Assembly: GCA_963549315.1 (NCBI GenBank)
Contig: CAUUYE010000001.1
Coordinates: forward strand, 54,163 to 118,162
Direction: 5' to 3'
DNA: 64,000 nucleotides
Source of the DNA: an uncultured Candidatus Saccharibacteria bacterium
GTDB taxonomy: Bacteria; Patescibacteriota; Saccharimonadia; Saccharimonadales; Saccharimonadaceae
Of this stretch, positions 30,922 to 40,577 are shown piece by piece. The position numbers and the translations under genes are program-made. The notes under the pieces were generated by a model. That model saw only the letters and a list, made by a program, of their open reading frames with translations. It did not search any database and was not told the origin of the DNA. Each line of letters starts with the position of its first letter. Positions within the stretch are counted from its first letter, which is position 1.

Positions 30922-31220
30922 CTTATACTCCTTTTTCTAAAACTCTACCTTAGCCCCACCCCTTCTGTCAAATCTAAATTTCTCATTTTTTAGTCAACCC
31001 AAAAAACTTCAATGTTGTAATAGTAAACTTCTACCAAAATAGGGATCTCTTTTTAGACTAACGATAATTATTTTGCATATGCTAAGTATTCTTTACAACA
31101 TTAACAGATGATTTTATTTAATATTGCCTAATCTAGAAAAAAGTCCTTGCTTTTCTTGTTCCCAGACTTCATACTCAAATTAACCTTTTCCGAACCCTAA
31201 ATCTATCATTAGGTATTCTT

Positions 31221-33566
31221 ATGACATCCATCAAAAGAATTTTTCTCTTTATTTTTTGTGCATTACCTCTTTTCTTGCTAACAAAACAAACCAAGGCGTT
31301 ATCAGGCGGTACAGATTGTGTTGATTATTTCGTAGTTTTTGCAAGAGGCTCTGGCGAAACTTTAAACACAAATATTGATCATCAATCTTTTCATCAAGCA
31401 ATTTCTAACATTTTTCAAAAACTACCAAATCATAGCTATAAATACTATCAGTTAGGGGAGTCTAATACATACGGAACACCTTACCCAGCCATTGGTACAG
31501 AAAAACCTGAAGTCGCCACTGGTGCATTTATTAGTGGTGGTAAAGCTTTTCAATTTGGCAATAGCGTAAAAACTGGTGCTAATGAGCTTTCTACTCTCTA
31601 TAAAAAAGTCAGCAACCACTGCCCTAAAACCCGTTTCATCTTAGCCGGCTATTCACAAGGGGCTATGGTCATAGACCAAGTTATTCAAAATATTAACCCC
31701 AAGAAACTTCTCTATTTTGCAAGTTTTGGCGATCCCAAACTATATCTTCCAGAAGGGAAAGGCATTATTCCGCCAGCCTGTATGAACCAGCATCTATCTC
31801 CATACCGCCAAAATGTACCCGACTGCTTCGTTGAGCAAGGAATACTTGGTGGCAAAAAACCATACATTAGTTCAAAATATAAAGATAAAGTCGGTACTTG
31901 GTGTAATATTGCAGACTTCATGTGCGGTAGTTCGTTTGATCCTCTAGGAGTTACCGACTCAACACAAGAAAAAGCCAATGACATATTTGGCAATATTTTT
32001 AATGGACATGTCTCTTATTCAAGGTTCAATGCGTATAAAGAAGCTGCAGAAATCATCTATCACAAGATCTTAGCTATCAAAAAACAGCATCAAGTTAATA
32101 ATTCCATGATCTACTACTATGATCCCGAACAAGTTCAAATTAACCCTGACGCTCTTATTCACCCCTCAAATCCCAATCCAACAGACACAAAAACAAATAA
32201 AAATGATTTAACTATTATGCTCCCCACTTTTCCATATCATCAATCAGATGACTATATACTTTCTCTTTTATCACATATTGCAGATATTGCTCACACATAT
32301 AACTGTGAAGAAATTAATTATTACCGATATGGTTTCTTTTCACCTTCAGAATATAACGAAAATAATTTTCATTCACAAAAATTACAGAATGGGGTTTCCA
32401 AAAAATTAATTCAAGGAATAAAAAAGATGATTGGACTATATACTATCCGCATAGATGGGGGCGAGCTCTATAACCAGCATAGATTCTTTCTAAATAGTGT
32501 ACGAGATGTAGATAATGTCGACTTACCTAGCTTAGTCTCTACTTCAATTTATGACACCATACAATTTCAAAAATGGCAAAATAAATTTAATCATTTACTT
32601 CTCGTTGTCACTCCTGATCCTAATCCTACACAAAAATATACAGAAGTATCCGATAATCTTATTCAATCAATCAAACAGCAAAGTTATTCAAAATCCATCA
32701 CCACTTTTGTTTATAACGAAAACCACAAACTATCTAAACTTTTTTCACGCTTTGATTTTGTTCCTACACAGCACATCTTCAACAAAAGTAAACCAGCTGA
32801 TCAAGCTGCCAGACAAATTTTGCACTATCCACAAACTCAACAAATTGAACACATTCTAAAACCACGCTTTGACTCTATTAGTCTAAGATTTACTAATGAT
32901 ACATTCTCATATCAAAGACCCCTTCTGAAATCTTTCCCAAAGCAAATGGCATATTTTAATGCCTTACAAGTTTCACAACATAATTTTTCCAAAACAAATC
33001 AAATAGCCAATTCTTTAAATAACAATATTTATCACTGGAAAATCAAACAACACGAAAAGATCAAAGAGTTCACTACAAAGACCCCATCATTAAACTTACC
33101 TCTAAAATCCATCACCAGCACAGAAATCCATCTCACTACCCCAGATCAAAAAAGTCATCAAACTAGTCTCTATTTCTTACCAAAACCCTTCAAAAATCAA
33201 CAAAATATTAGCCAGATAACATCAAAAACAATTTTTCCATACCAGTTAATCATCATTGATGATTACATTGCGGGTTTCACAAAAAATAAGCACATTAAAA
33301 TCACCGATTTAGATCCTCAAGAGTCACATCAAATCAAAAGAATCAAATTCAGTGAACTAGGTAGGATCATTGAACAAAAAACAACCTATATTCCAGCTAA
33401 AAATACTACTAAAGCCGATAAAACAAACTTGGCAGCACCCTCAAAATCAAGCTCATTACGACATCAAGTGGTTAAATTAAAAGATAAAGTCTTATTAGTA
33501 CCTGAATGTGGAATAAAGCGCAGATCACCAGTTCAACGTATTTTATATTTTACAAATTATTTCTAG
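31221..33566 (+). CDS. Secreted cutinase-family esterase with long divergent C-terminal region
   Basis: Signal peptide, C...VFARGSGE, CP...LAGYSQGA, FGDP, C..ADFMC, GHVSY: cutinase-type triad and cysteines. Confidence 0.8.
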   Translation: MTSIKRIFLFIFCALPLFLLTKQTKALSGGTDCVDYFVVFARGSGETLNTNIDHQSFHQAISNIFQKLPNHSYKYYQLGESNTYGTPYPAIGTEKPEVATGAFISGGKAFQFGNSVKTGANELSTLYKKVSNHCPKTRFILAGYSQGAMVIDQVIQNINPKKLLYFASFGDPKLYLPEGKGIIPPACMNQHLSPYRQNVPDCFVEQGILGGKKPYISSKYKDKVGTWCNIADFMCGSSFDPLGVTDSTQEKANDIFGNIFNGHVSYSRFNAYKEAAEIIYHKILAIKKQHQVNNSMIYYYDPEQVQINPDALIHPSNPNPTDTKTNKNDLTIMLPTFPYHQSDDYILSLLSHIADIAHTYNCEEINYYRYGFFSPSEYNENNFHSQKLQNGVSKKLIQGIKKMIGLYTIRIDGGELYNQHRFFLNSVRDVDNVDLPSLVSTSIYDTIQFQKWQNKFNHLLLVVTPDPNPTQKYTEVSDNLIQSIKQQSYSKSITTFVYNENHKLSKLFSRFDFVPTQHIFNKSKPADQAARQILHYPQTQQIEHILKPRFDSISLRFTNDTFSYQRPLLKSFPKQMAYFNALQVSQHNFSKTNQIANSLNNNIYHWKIKQHEKIKEFTTKTPSLNLPLKSITSTEIHLTTPDQKSHQTSLYFLPKPFKNQQNISQITSKTIFPYQLIIIDDYIAGFTKNKHIKITDLDPQESHQIKRIKFSELGRIIEQKTTYIPAKNTTKADKTNLAAPSKSSSLRHQVVKLKDKVLLVPECGIKRRSPVQRILYFTNYF

Positions 33567-33762
33567 ATTTTTCACTTGATGAAAGATGCCAATGATCACC
33601 ATATTCACAATGATAAACTGTTAATTTAGGAGCCTGATAATCATGCGCTGCAATCTGTGCAGCCACTTCCGCCTCTTCTCGAGAAGCATAACAAATCTTC
33701 TGAACATCACCTACCCAGCAACGCTCAGGTTCAATTCTGCCAAAAGAAAATCTCTTTCTCAT
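33550..33762 (-). CDS. Small hypothetical protein, possible Zn-binding
   Basis: C....K.CY.S...A...YHCEYGDHWHLSS; upstream TATAAT and GAGG. Confidence 0.6.
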   Translation of the reverse strand: MRKRFSFGRIEPERCWVGDVQKICYASREEAEVAAQIAAHDYQAPKLTVYHCEYGDHWHLSSSEKSRNNL

Positions 33763-33833
33763 ACCTCGTTCATTATACTCTCTTATCCACAAAACATATG
33801 TATAAAATACAACAAAAATATAAGCATTTTCTA

Positions 33834-33886
33834 TTGACGCACTACATATAGTGTCATAGAATAATCACAGACACTAAATGTAGCGT
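33834..33886 (+). promoter_or_regulatory. nrdD promoter with tandem NrdR boxes
   Basis: TTGACG(33834)-17 nt-TAGAAT(33857). GCACTACATATAGTGT (33839-54) and ACACTAAATGTAGCGT (33871-86) resemble the NrdR-box consensus and lie 32 bp apart. Confidence 0.8.
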
Positions 33887-33967
33887 CATCAATAACATAC
33901 TAATAACAAAAATTTAATCAAAAAACTTTGAAGAAAATTTGGACAGACTATAAGGAGGTAATTTTTT

Positions 33968-36310
33968 ATGTTCAAAAAAATCGTCAAACGCGATGGTAAG
34001 ATTGTTAATTTTGATCAAGAGAAGATTACTGACGCCATTGCGAAAGCAGGGGCTGCAACTGAAGAATTTAAACATGACCGCGCAGCTCAGTTATCAGAAA
34101 AAGTAGTTAGACTTGCAAAAGAGACTATCAAGGACCGCACTCCGTCCGTCGAACAGATCCAAGATTTAGTTGAAAGAGTTTTAATGGAATCAAGCTTCAA
34201 GCGCACTGCAAAAGCTTATATCACCTATCGACAAGATCGTAACAAAACTCGTAATGCTAAATCAAACCTTATGGGAATTTACAAGACGATTGCCATCGCT
34301 GACGCTTCAGAAGATTCTGACGTTAAACGTAGTAATGCCAATGTTGATGGTAACTCCGCCATGGGAAAGATGCTTCAATTCGGAGCAGAAGGTTCAAAAG
34401 TTTTTGCAAAAACAGTATTGATGGATCCTCGCTTCGCCTACGCTCATGATAACGGCGACATCCATATTCACGATCTTGACTTCTATGCTACAGGCACCCT
34501 CACTTGCTGCCAAACCGATCCGCTCAAACTCTTTGCCAATGGTGGCTTTAATACAGGACATGGACATTTGCGTACACCAAATTCAATCGCCTCCTACGCC
34601 GCCCTTGCAGCCATCATCCTCCAAGCAAACCAAAACGAACAACATGGTGGACAATCTATTCCTAATTTCGACTACGCAATGGCTCCAGGTGTCAATAAAT
34701 CATTCAAAAAAGCCCTGCGTTCTAATCTAGAGAAATACAACAAATACTCCGGTAAAAAAGTTGATATCAAAATCCCTGATGACATTGCTTATGGTGATAC
34801 TGAGACCCTCAAGAAACTAAAAGTCCCCGAAACAGTCATCGAAACTTCCAATGATGATGTTGAAAAACAAACTTTTCAAGCCATGGAAGGTTTTATCCAT
34901 AACCTTAACACCATGCATTCACGCGCTGGCGCACAAGTTCCATTTACCTCTATTAACTTCGGTACTGACACCACCCCAGCTGGTCGCCTTGTCTCAAAAA
35001 GTCTCCTAGAGGCAACCGATAAAGGTCTAGGTCACGGCGAAACACCAATCTTCCCAATTTCTATCTTTAAAGTTAAAGAAGGGATTAATTATAATCCAAC
35101 AGATCCAAACTACGATCTATTTAAGCGTTCCATGGAAGTTTCATCAAAACGTCTCTTCCCAAATTTCACCTTTATCGACGCTCCATTTAATCTAAAATAT
35201 TACAAGAAAGGTGATTACAATACTGAGATTGCTACTATGGGTTGCCGCACACGTGTCTTTTCTTCAGTTTTTCCAGAATCTGACGGAATTGTTACCGGTC
35301 GTGGAAACGATTCATTCACTACAATTAACCTTGTCCGTCTTGGTATCAAGCATGGTATTGCTCTAAAAGAGCGCAAAGAAGCTGATTGGACAGGTTTTTA
35401 CAAAGATCTTGATGATCTCATGGATCTTTGCAAAGATCAGCTTCTCGAACGCTACGAGTTCCAAGCCAATCAACATGTCAGAAACTTCCCATTCCTTATG
35501 GGCGAAGGCAACTGGTTTGGTAGCGAAAAACTCAAACCAAATGATACCTTACGCGACGTAATTAAGCATGGTTCACTCTCTATTGGTTTTATTGGACTCG
35601 CTGAGACTTTGGTTGCTATGATTGGCAAACATCATGGTGAATCTGAAGAAGCTAGAGAGTTAGGTCTAGACATTATCACCCATATGAGTAAGCGTTGCGA
35701 TGATTATGCAAAAAAGTATCACCTCAACTTTGGTCTCCTCGCTACACCAGCTGAAGGTCTATCTGGTCGTTTCACAAAAATGGATCGTAAAGAATATGGT
35801 GTGATAAAAGGCGTAACTGATCGTGATTACTATACTAATTCTTTCCACGTACCAGTCTACTATCCTATTTCTGCCTTTGAAAAGATTGAGATTGAAGCAC
35901 CTTATCACGCACTTTGCCCAGCTGGACACATTTCTTACATTGAGCTTGACGGTGATCCTTCACAAAACATTGACGCCTTTGAAGCTGTTATTCGCAAAAT
36001 GCATGATTCCGGAATTGGCTATGGATCAGTTAATCATCCAGTTGATCGTGATCCAGTCTGTGGTTTCTCTGGCATTATTGCTGGCGATCGTTGTCCATCC
36101 TGTGGTCGTAAGGAAGACGATGTACCATTTGAGCGACTTCGCCGTATCACCGGCTATCTAGTTGGTTCACTTGAACGTTGGAATGATGGCAAAAAAGCCG
36201 AAGAGCGTGATCGTGTAAAACACAATGTAACTGGTACCTACACCAAAGCCCAAAAAGCTGCACGTGAATCTGCAAAAGCAAATTCAAATGCTGCTCTCGG
36301 TAAAGAATAA
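33968..36310 (+). CDS. nrdD: Class III anaerobic ribonucleotide reductase with ATP cone
   Basis: IVKRDG ATP cone, IHIHDLD, TCC, MGCR, TPAE, YYTNS, RITGYL glycyl-radical loop. Confidence 0.97.
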   Translation: MFKKIVKRDGKIVNFDQEKITDAIAKAGAATEEFKHDRAAQLSEKVVRLAKETIKDRTPSVEQIQDLVERVLMESSFKRTAKAYITYRQDRNKTRNAKSNLMGIYKTIAIADASEDSDVKRSNANVDGNSAMGKMLQFGAEGSKVFAKTVLMDPRFAYAHDNGDIHIHDLDFYATGTLTCCQTDPLKLFANGGFNTGHGHLRTPNSIASYAALAAIILQANQNEQHGGQSIPNFDYAMAPGVNKSFKKALRSNLEKYNKYSGKKVDIKIPDDIAYGDTETLKKLKVPETVIETSNDDVEKQTFQAMEGFIHNLNTMHSRAGAQVPFTSINFGTDTTPAGRLVSKSLLEATDKGLGHGETPIFPISIFKVKEGINYNPTDPNYDLFKRSMEVSSKRLFPNFTFIDAPFNLKYYKKGDYNTEIATMGCRTRVFSSVFPESDGIVTGRGNDSFTTINLVRLGIKHGIALKERKEADWTGFYKDLDDLMDLCKDQLLERYEFQANQHVRNFPFLMGEGNWFGSEKLKPNDTLRDVIKHGSLSIGFIGLAETLVAMIGKHHGESEEARELGLDIITHMSKRCDDYAKKYHLNFGLLATPAEGLSGRFTKMDRKEYGVIKGVTDRDYYTNSFHVPVYYPISAFEKIEIEAPYHALCPAGHISYIELDGDPSQNIDAFEAVIRKMHDSGIGYGSVNHPVDRDPVCGFSGIIAGDRCPSCGRKEDDVPFERLRRITGYLVGSLERWNDGKKAEERDRVKHNVTGTYTKAQKAARESAKANSNAALGKE

Positions 36311-36319
36311 ATTTCTATA

Positions 36320-36351
36320 CTAAAAGTTAGGGGATTGCTCCTAACTTTTAG
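36320..36351 (+). terminator. Stem-loop between nrdD and nrdG
   Basis: CTAAAAGTTAGG...CCTAACTTTTAG. Confidence 0.6.
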
Positions 36352-36366
36352 TTACCCATAAGGATT

Positions 36367-36897
36367 ATGATGACAAAAAAATATATTTCACCCGTCCCAG
36401 GCTCCGATAGTCAACACATCCGGCTCTCAGGTCCTATCGAGCACGACAGTATTGTTAATGGCTATGGTCTACGTGCTGTGATTTGGACTCAAGGTTGTTT
36501 CATTGGATGTAAAGGTTGCCAAAATCAAGAGACTTGGGATCCAGAAGGAGGGATCCTAGTAAATATTGAAGATATCAAAGATGAACTTCGTCAACTTAAA
36601 GGACAGTCCGGTCTCACCTTCTGCGGTGGGGAACCATCCATCCAAGCTGCCGCCTGTATTGAAATCGCTAAGTTCGCTAAAGAAGAATTGGGCTGGAATG
36701 TTTGGTCATTCTCAGGCTATACTTATGATGAAATTAAAGCAAAAAACAATTTACAATGGGAGTTTTTTAAAACTCTTGACGCCCTGATCGATGGTCCATT
36801 CGTTCTTGCTGAAAGAGACTTAACCCTGAAGTTTCGTGGATCAAGAAACCAACGCTTACTTCACTTAAAAAATGGCGAAATAACTTCTATCGAATAG
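36367..36897 (+). CDS. nrdG: Anaerobic RNR activating radical-SAM enzyme
   Basis: QGCFIGCKGCQN (CxxxCxxC), GGEP, DGPF, FRGSRNQR. Confidence 0.96.
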   Translation: MMTKKYISPVPGSDSQHIRLSGPIEHDSIVNGYGLRAVIWTQGCFIGCKGCQNQETWDPEGGILVNIEDIKDELRQLKGQSGLTFCGGEPSIQAAACIEIAKFAKEELGWNVWSFSGYTYDEIKAKNNLQWEFFKTLDALIDGPFVLAERDLTLKFRGSRNQRLLHLKNGEITSIE

Positions 36898-36927
36898 TTT
36901 TTTAAAAATTCTGACAAAATCTCCATT

Positions 36928-36961
36928 AAAAATAAGGTCAAAGTAACATGACCTTATTTTT
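36928..36961. terminator. Bidirectional terminator nrdG/ackA
   Basis: AAAAATAAGGTCA...TGACCTTATTTTT. Confidence 0.8.
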
Positions 36962-36978
36962 ATAACCAAATTTATCTT

Positions 36979-38172
36979 TTACTTTTTGTTTAATAGCTCA
37001 TTTGCTCGTACAATCATTTCATCTGATTCATCGGTCTTAATCACATAAATTGGCTTTGATCCCGCTGCTGCAATATTCACCTGTCTATCGTCCATCTTTT
37101 CCAAATTCTTCTCAATATCAAGTGCGAAACCAAGATATTCCAAGCCATCAACTACATTTTTTCTAATATCATCAGACCTTTCACCGATTGTTGCAGTAAA
37201 AACAATTGCATCAACACCCTTTAAAGATGCTGCCATTTGCCCAATAGCCACCTGCAAACGATAAATATAAAGTGAATGAGCAAAAGCTCCCCTTGCGTCA
37301 CCTTCTTCACTTAATTTGATAATCTCACGCATGTCATCACTTTTTCCAGACACACCTAATAGCCCACATTTCTTATTGAAATATTTTTCAATTTCGCCAT
37401 CGGATTGCATTTTTAGCTCACGTTTAATCGCTAACGCCGCAGGAACGTCAATCGATCCAGTACGTGTTGCCATCATTACACCTTCTAGAGGAGAATAGCC
37501 CATAGTTGTATCAAAAGACTTACCATCAAGCACTGCAGTAATCGAAGCTCCTGACCCAATATGGCAAATTATAGTCTTTTTAGGTAGTATATTTTGCTTT
37601 AGCATAAATCTTACAATTGACCCCACAGATAGACCATGATATCCCCAACGTTTTATATCAAATTTATCAGCAAGCTCAGGATCAATCGCGTAAGCTTTCA
37701 TTAATTCAGGACGCGAATTATGGAATGCTGAATCGGAAATCTCAATGACAGAAGTACCTTCAAAAGTCTTTTTTAGTTGCTCAATTTCACTCGTTACCAC
37801 CGGTACGTGCAAAGGAGCCCTCTCTTTAGCTAGCTCCAGCTGTTTCAAACATTCATCATCAACAATATGGTCTTTTGCAAAATAACTTCCAGGCGCAGTT
37901 ACACGGGCAAGAATCGCGTCTAACTTAGTAGCTCCGCCAATATAGCCTTCATTCGTTAAAATGTCTGGTAAGCCAGAAGCTACAGAATCCAAATTTAAAA
38001 ACTTAGTCTCTTTCTTATTTTTCTCGCCACTTGATTTTTTTAAAGTGTAAACAACTTTCTTCCCTTCAAACTCAAAATGCAACGAACATAAAAAAGTATT
38101 CCCTTTATATAAAGCATATTTTCGTGAACTACTGCCAGGGTTAGTGATCAGAATTAAACGATCATTATTCAT
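36979..38172 (-). CDS. ackA: Acetate kinase
   Basis: NPGSSS.K, APLH, DSAFH, GYHGLS, HIGSGAS, TTMGYSPLEG..M.TR.G, TDE. Confidence 0.93.
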   Translation of the reverse strand: MNNDRLILITNPGSSSRKYALYKGNTFLCSLHFEFEGKKVVYTLKKSSGEKNKKETKFLNLDSVASGLPDILTNEGYIGGATKLDAILARVTAPGSYFAKDHIVDDECLKQLELAKERAPLHVPVVTSEIEQLKKTFEGTSVIEISDSAFHNSRPELMKAYAIDPELADKFDIKRWGYHGLSVGSIVRFMLKQNILPKKTIICHIGSGASITAVLDGKSFDTTMGYSPLEGVMMATRTGSIDVPAALAIKRELKMQSDGEIEKYFNKKCGLLGVSGKSDDMREIIKLSEEGDARGAFAHSLYIYRLQVAIGQMAASLKGVDAIVFTATIGERSDDIRKNVVDGLEYLGFALDIEKNLEKMDDRQVNIAAAGSKPIYVIKTDESDEMIVRANELLNKK

Positions 38173-38231
38173 TTTTTCTCCTCTTTTATAACCTCATTAT
38201 ATCCTAAAAAACTATTTTATGCACAATTTTT

Positions 38232-38269
38232 TTAGCACTCTTGCATTTTGAGTGCTAAAACATTATAAT
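38232..38269 (+). promoter_or_regulatory. CIRCE (HrcA operator) overlapping the dnaJ promoter
   Basis: Perfect TTAGCACTC-N9-GAGTGCTAA (38232-38258); -35 TTGCAT inside the spacer, -10 TATAAT at 38264. Confidence 0.95.
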
Positions 38270-38280
38270 TAGTGCCAGTT

Positions 38281-39180
38281 ATGACAGCAAAAAGAGATTA
38301 TTATGAAGTACTCGGCGTCCCCAAAAACGCCTCTGATGACGAAATTAAAAAAGCCTACCGTAAATTAGCTTTTAAATATCATCCTGACCGTAATCCAGGT
38401 GATAAGGAAGCAGAAGCAAAATTCAAAGAAGCTACAGAAGCAAATGAGGTCCTATCAGATAAACAAAAACGGGCTCGTTATGATCAGTTTGGACACGCAG
38501 GTGTAGGAGGTAATTCTACGTCTAATGGAAATCCCTTTGGTGGTGGTACTTATAATTATAATGGTCAAAGTTTCAATTTCGATTTTGGTGGAGAAGGGGG
38601 TTTTGATGATATCTTTAGCACGCTTTTTGGATTTGGCGGAGCAAGACCACAGAGGCATCGCGGCGCTGACTATCAAACAATGTTGACGATCTCTTTTGAA
38701 GAAGCGGTATTTGGTACTGCCAAAACCATTCAGGTCGATGGAAAAGAATTAAGTTTAAAAATACCTGCCGGCATCGATGATGGACAATCAATCCGCGTGC
38801 GTGGTCACGGCGGTCCAGCCCCTGACAAAACCGGTGAAGCAGGCGATCTACTTGTGCAAATTCGTGTCAGACCACATAAAACTCTTACTCGTGAAGGATA
38901 TATCATCCTTTCCGAACAACATATTTCTATGATTAATGCAGCTCTAGGTTGTGAAGTGGATGTAGAGACGGTTGACGGGAAAATTACCATGAAAGTTCCT
39001 GCAGGTACTCAATCTAATACTCCTTTCAAACTTTCCGGACACGGTGTTCCTATGCGTAATAACGAACGTGGTCCGCACATCGTAAATATCATTGTAGATA
39101 CTCCTACTAATCTATCAAAAAGACAAAAGGAGCTACTTGAAGAATTTGAAAACGCCAAAAAACGCGGCTTCTGGGGATAA
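38281..39180 (+). CDS. dnaJ: DnaJ-family chaperone lacking the Zn finger
   Basis: [13 protein letters not shown] region, C-terminal domain; no CxxCxGxG repeats. Confidence 0.9.
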   Translation: MTAKRDYYEVLGVPKNASDDEIKKAYRKLAFKYHPDRNPGDKEAEAKFKEATEANEVLSDKQKRARYDQFGHAGVGGNSTSNGNPFGGGTYNYNGQSFNFDFGGEGGFDDIFSTLFGFGGARPQRHRGADYQTMLTISFEEAVFGTAKTIQVDGKELSLKIPAGIDDGQSIRVRGHGGPAPDKTGEAGDLLVQIRVRPHKTLTREGYIILSEQHISMINAALGCEVDVETVDGKITMKVPAGTQSNTPFKLSGHGVPMRNNERGPHIVNIIVDTPTNLSKRQKELLEEFENAKKRGFWG

Positions 39181-39234
39181 ATATATCCAGAAAAAGTCTA
39201 AATAATTTGCATATGTTATAATTACATTCAAGTA

Positions 39235-39897
39235 ATGTCAAAACGATCTCCCTACAATTTTATTAGTTCAAACAGAGTAAATTTCACTATTTCTATCTCG
39301 CTTATTTTGTTATGTATTCTTCTTGTTATTAATTATTTTCTACAAATCATCTTCACTGCTCAACCAGTCTATGCCGAAGAAGATTCTCTAAAATCTGTTA
39401 CTCATCGCAAACTTAACGAAACAGAAAGAGGGAATCTCTCAACAGGTTGCGCCTCCATCCAAACAAGCCTGAAAAATCTACAAAAAATTGATTCCAAAAC
39501 CCGTGTTCTCCTTGGCACAAGCTATCAAACCATTCTTTCAAACTATGTTTCACCATTGAATATTCGCCTAATTAAAAATAACTTACCGGACACCGCCTTA
39601 ATTACCAATCAATCTGAAATCATTAATACTCGCAACGATTTCTCCAATATTTTTATTTCATATAGTCAACATTTAGAATCGCTAATCACACTTGACTGTA
39701 AAAATCAACCAGATAATTTTTATGCCGAGTTAGAAAATGTTCGCTTTTTGCGTAGCAAATTAGAGGAATCAGTTAGTAAAGTCAATAACGCAATCTCAAA
39801 ACATCTAAAATCAATTGAAGAAATCAAAAATACCTTGCCTAGTCCTCAAACTACATTAGATAAAACGAATATTACACCTCCTAAGGAGGCAAAATGA
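39235..39897 (+). CDS. Hypothetical exported helical protein
   Basis: N-terminal TM/signal, helical body with two Cys. Confidence 0.7.
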   Translation: MSKRSPYNFISSNRVNFTISISLILLCILLVINYFLQIIFTAQPVYAEEDSLKSVTHRKLNETERGNLSTGCASIQTSLKNLQKIDSKTRVLLGTSYQTILSNYVSPLNIRLIKNNLPDTALITNQSEIINTRNDFSNIFISYSQHLESLITLDCKNQPDNFYAELENVRFLRSKLEESVSKVNNAISKHLKSIEEIKNTLPSPQTTLDKTNITPPKEAK

Positions 39898-40235
39898 TCA
39901 ATTTTACTTCTAGCGGCGGAAAAGCCCTAATCAAATTAGGAATTATCTCTACCATTATTGCTGTTCTCACCACTAGTATTTCACTCTATTTTTACCATGC
40001 TAGTGGAGATATCTATCTTGACCGTTCACGACCAGGATTTTTACCAGAAAAACACGAAAATGAGCAGATCGACAATAATCTCACCTATCATTTTCCCGAA
40101 GATGGTCCAATCTCTAGCCAAGACCTTGAAGAATACCTGACAAAAATTAAACCAATCATTAATACCATTAATGAAGTAAAAAAGCCATTTTCTAAAGAAA
40201 GTCTCTCCGATCAATCTCTCGGTATTACTAAATAA
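39894..40235 (+). CDS. Hypothetical membrane-anchored protein
   Basis: ATGA overlap, RBS AAGGAGG, one TM, LDRSRPG. Confidence 0.7.
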   Translation: MINFTSSGGKALIKLGIISTIIAVLTTSISLYFYHASGDIYLDRSRPGFLPEKHENEQIDNNLTYHFPEDGPISSQDLEEYLTKIKPIINTINEVKKPFSKESLSDQSLGITK

Positions 40236-40310
40236 CTTTACAAATCATTTTTCTTATTTTAGAATAATAAAAATTTTGTTGAATAATCAGGGAAAGGAGA
40301 GACAATTCCA

Positions 40311-40538
40311 ATGGCATCACTAAGAGAAGCGCTACTAAAAAATGGTGTATTTTATTTTAATAATAATGGAACTCAATATACCATCGAAAATGGGTCAGGA
40401 AATTACATGGTAGCACGTGATTCAAGTGGTATAGTTCGATACAGAATTGAAGGCTCAGAGCTTAACTCAAACCTCATCGTTCGCGACGCATCATCTGGAC
40501 TTGTCGCCTTCACGGTTAGTCCATCGGCACTTTTTTAA
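40311..40538 (+). CDS. Small hypothetical protein with internal repeat
   Basis: RBS GGAAAGGAG; repeated (V/I)xRD(A)SSG(I/L)V unit. Confidence 0.65.
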   Translation: MASLREALLKNGVFYFNNNGTQYTIENGSGNYMVARDSSGIVRYRIEGSELNSNLIVRDASSGLVAFTVSPSALF

Positions 40539-40577
40539 TAATAACTATTTCTTATCATTTTTTGTTATAATAAGCTC

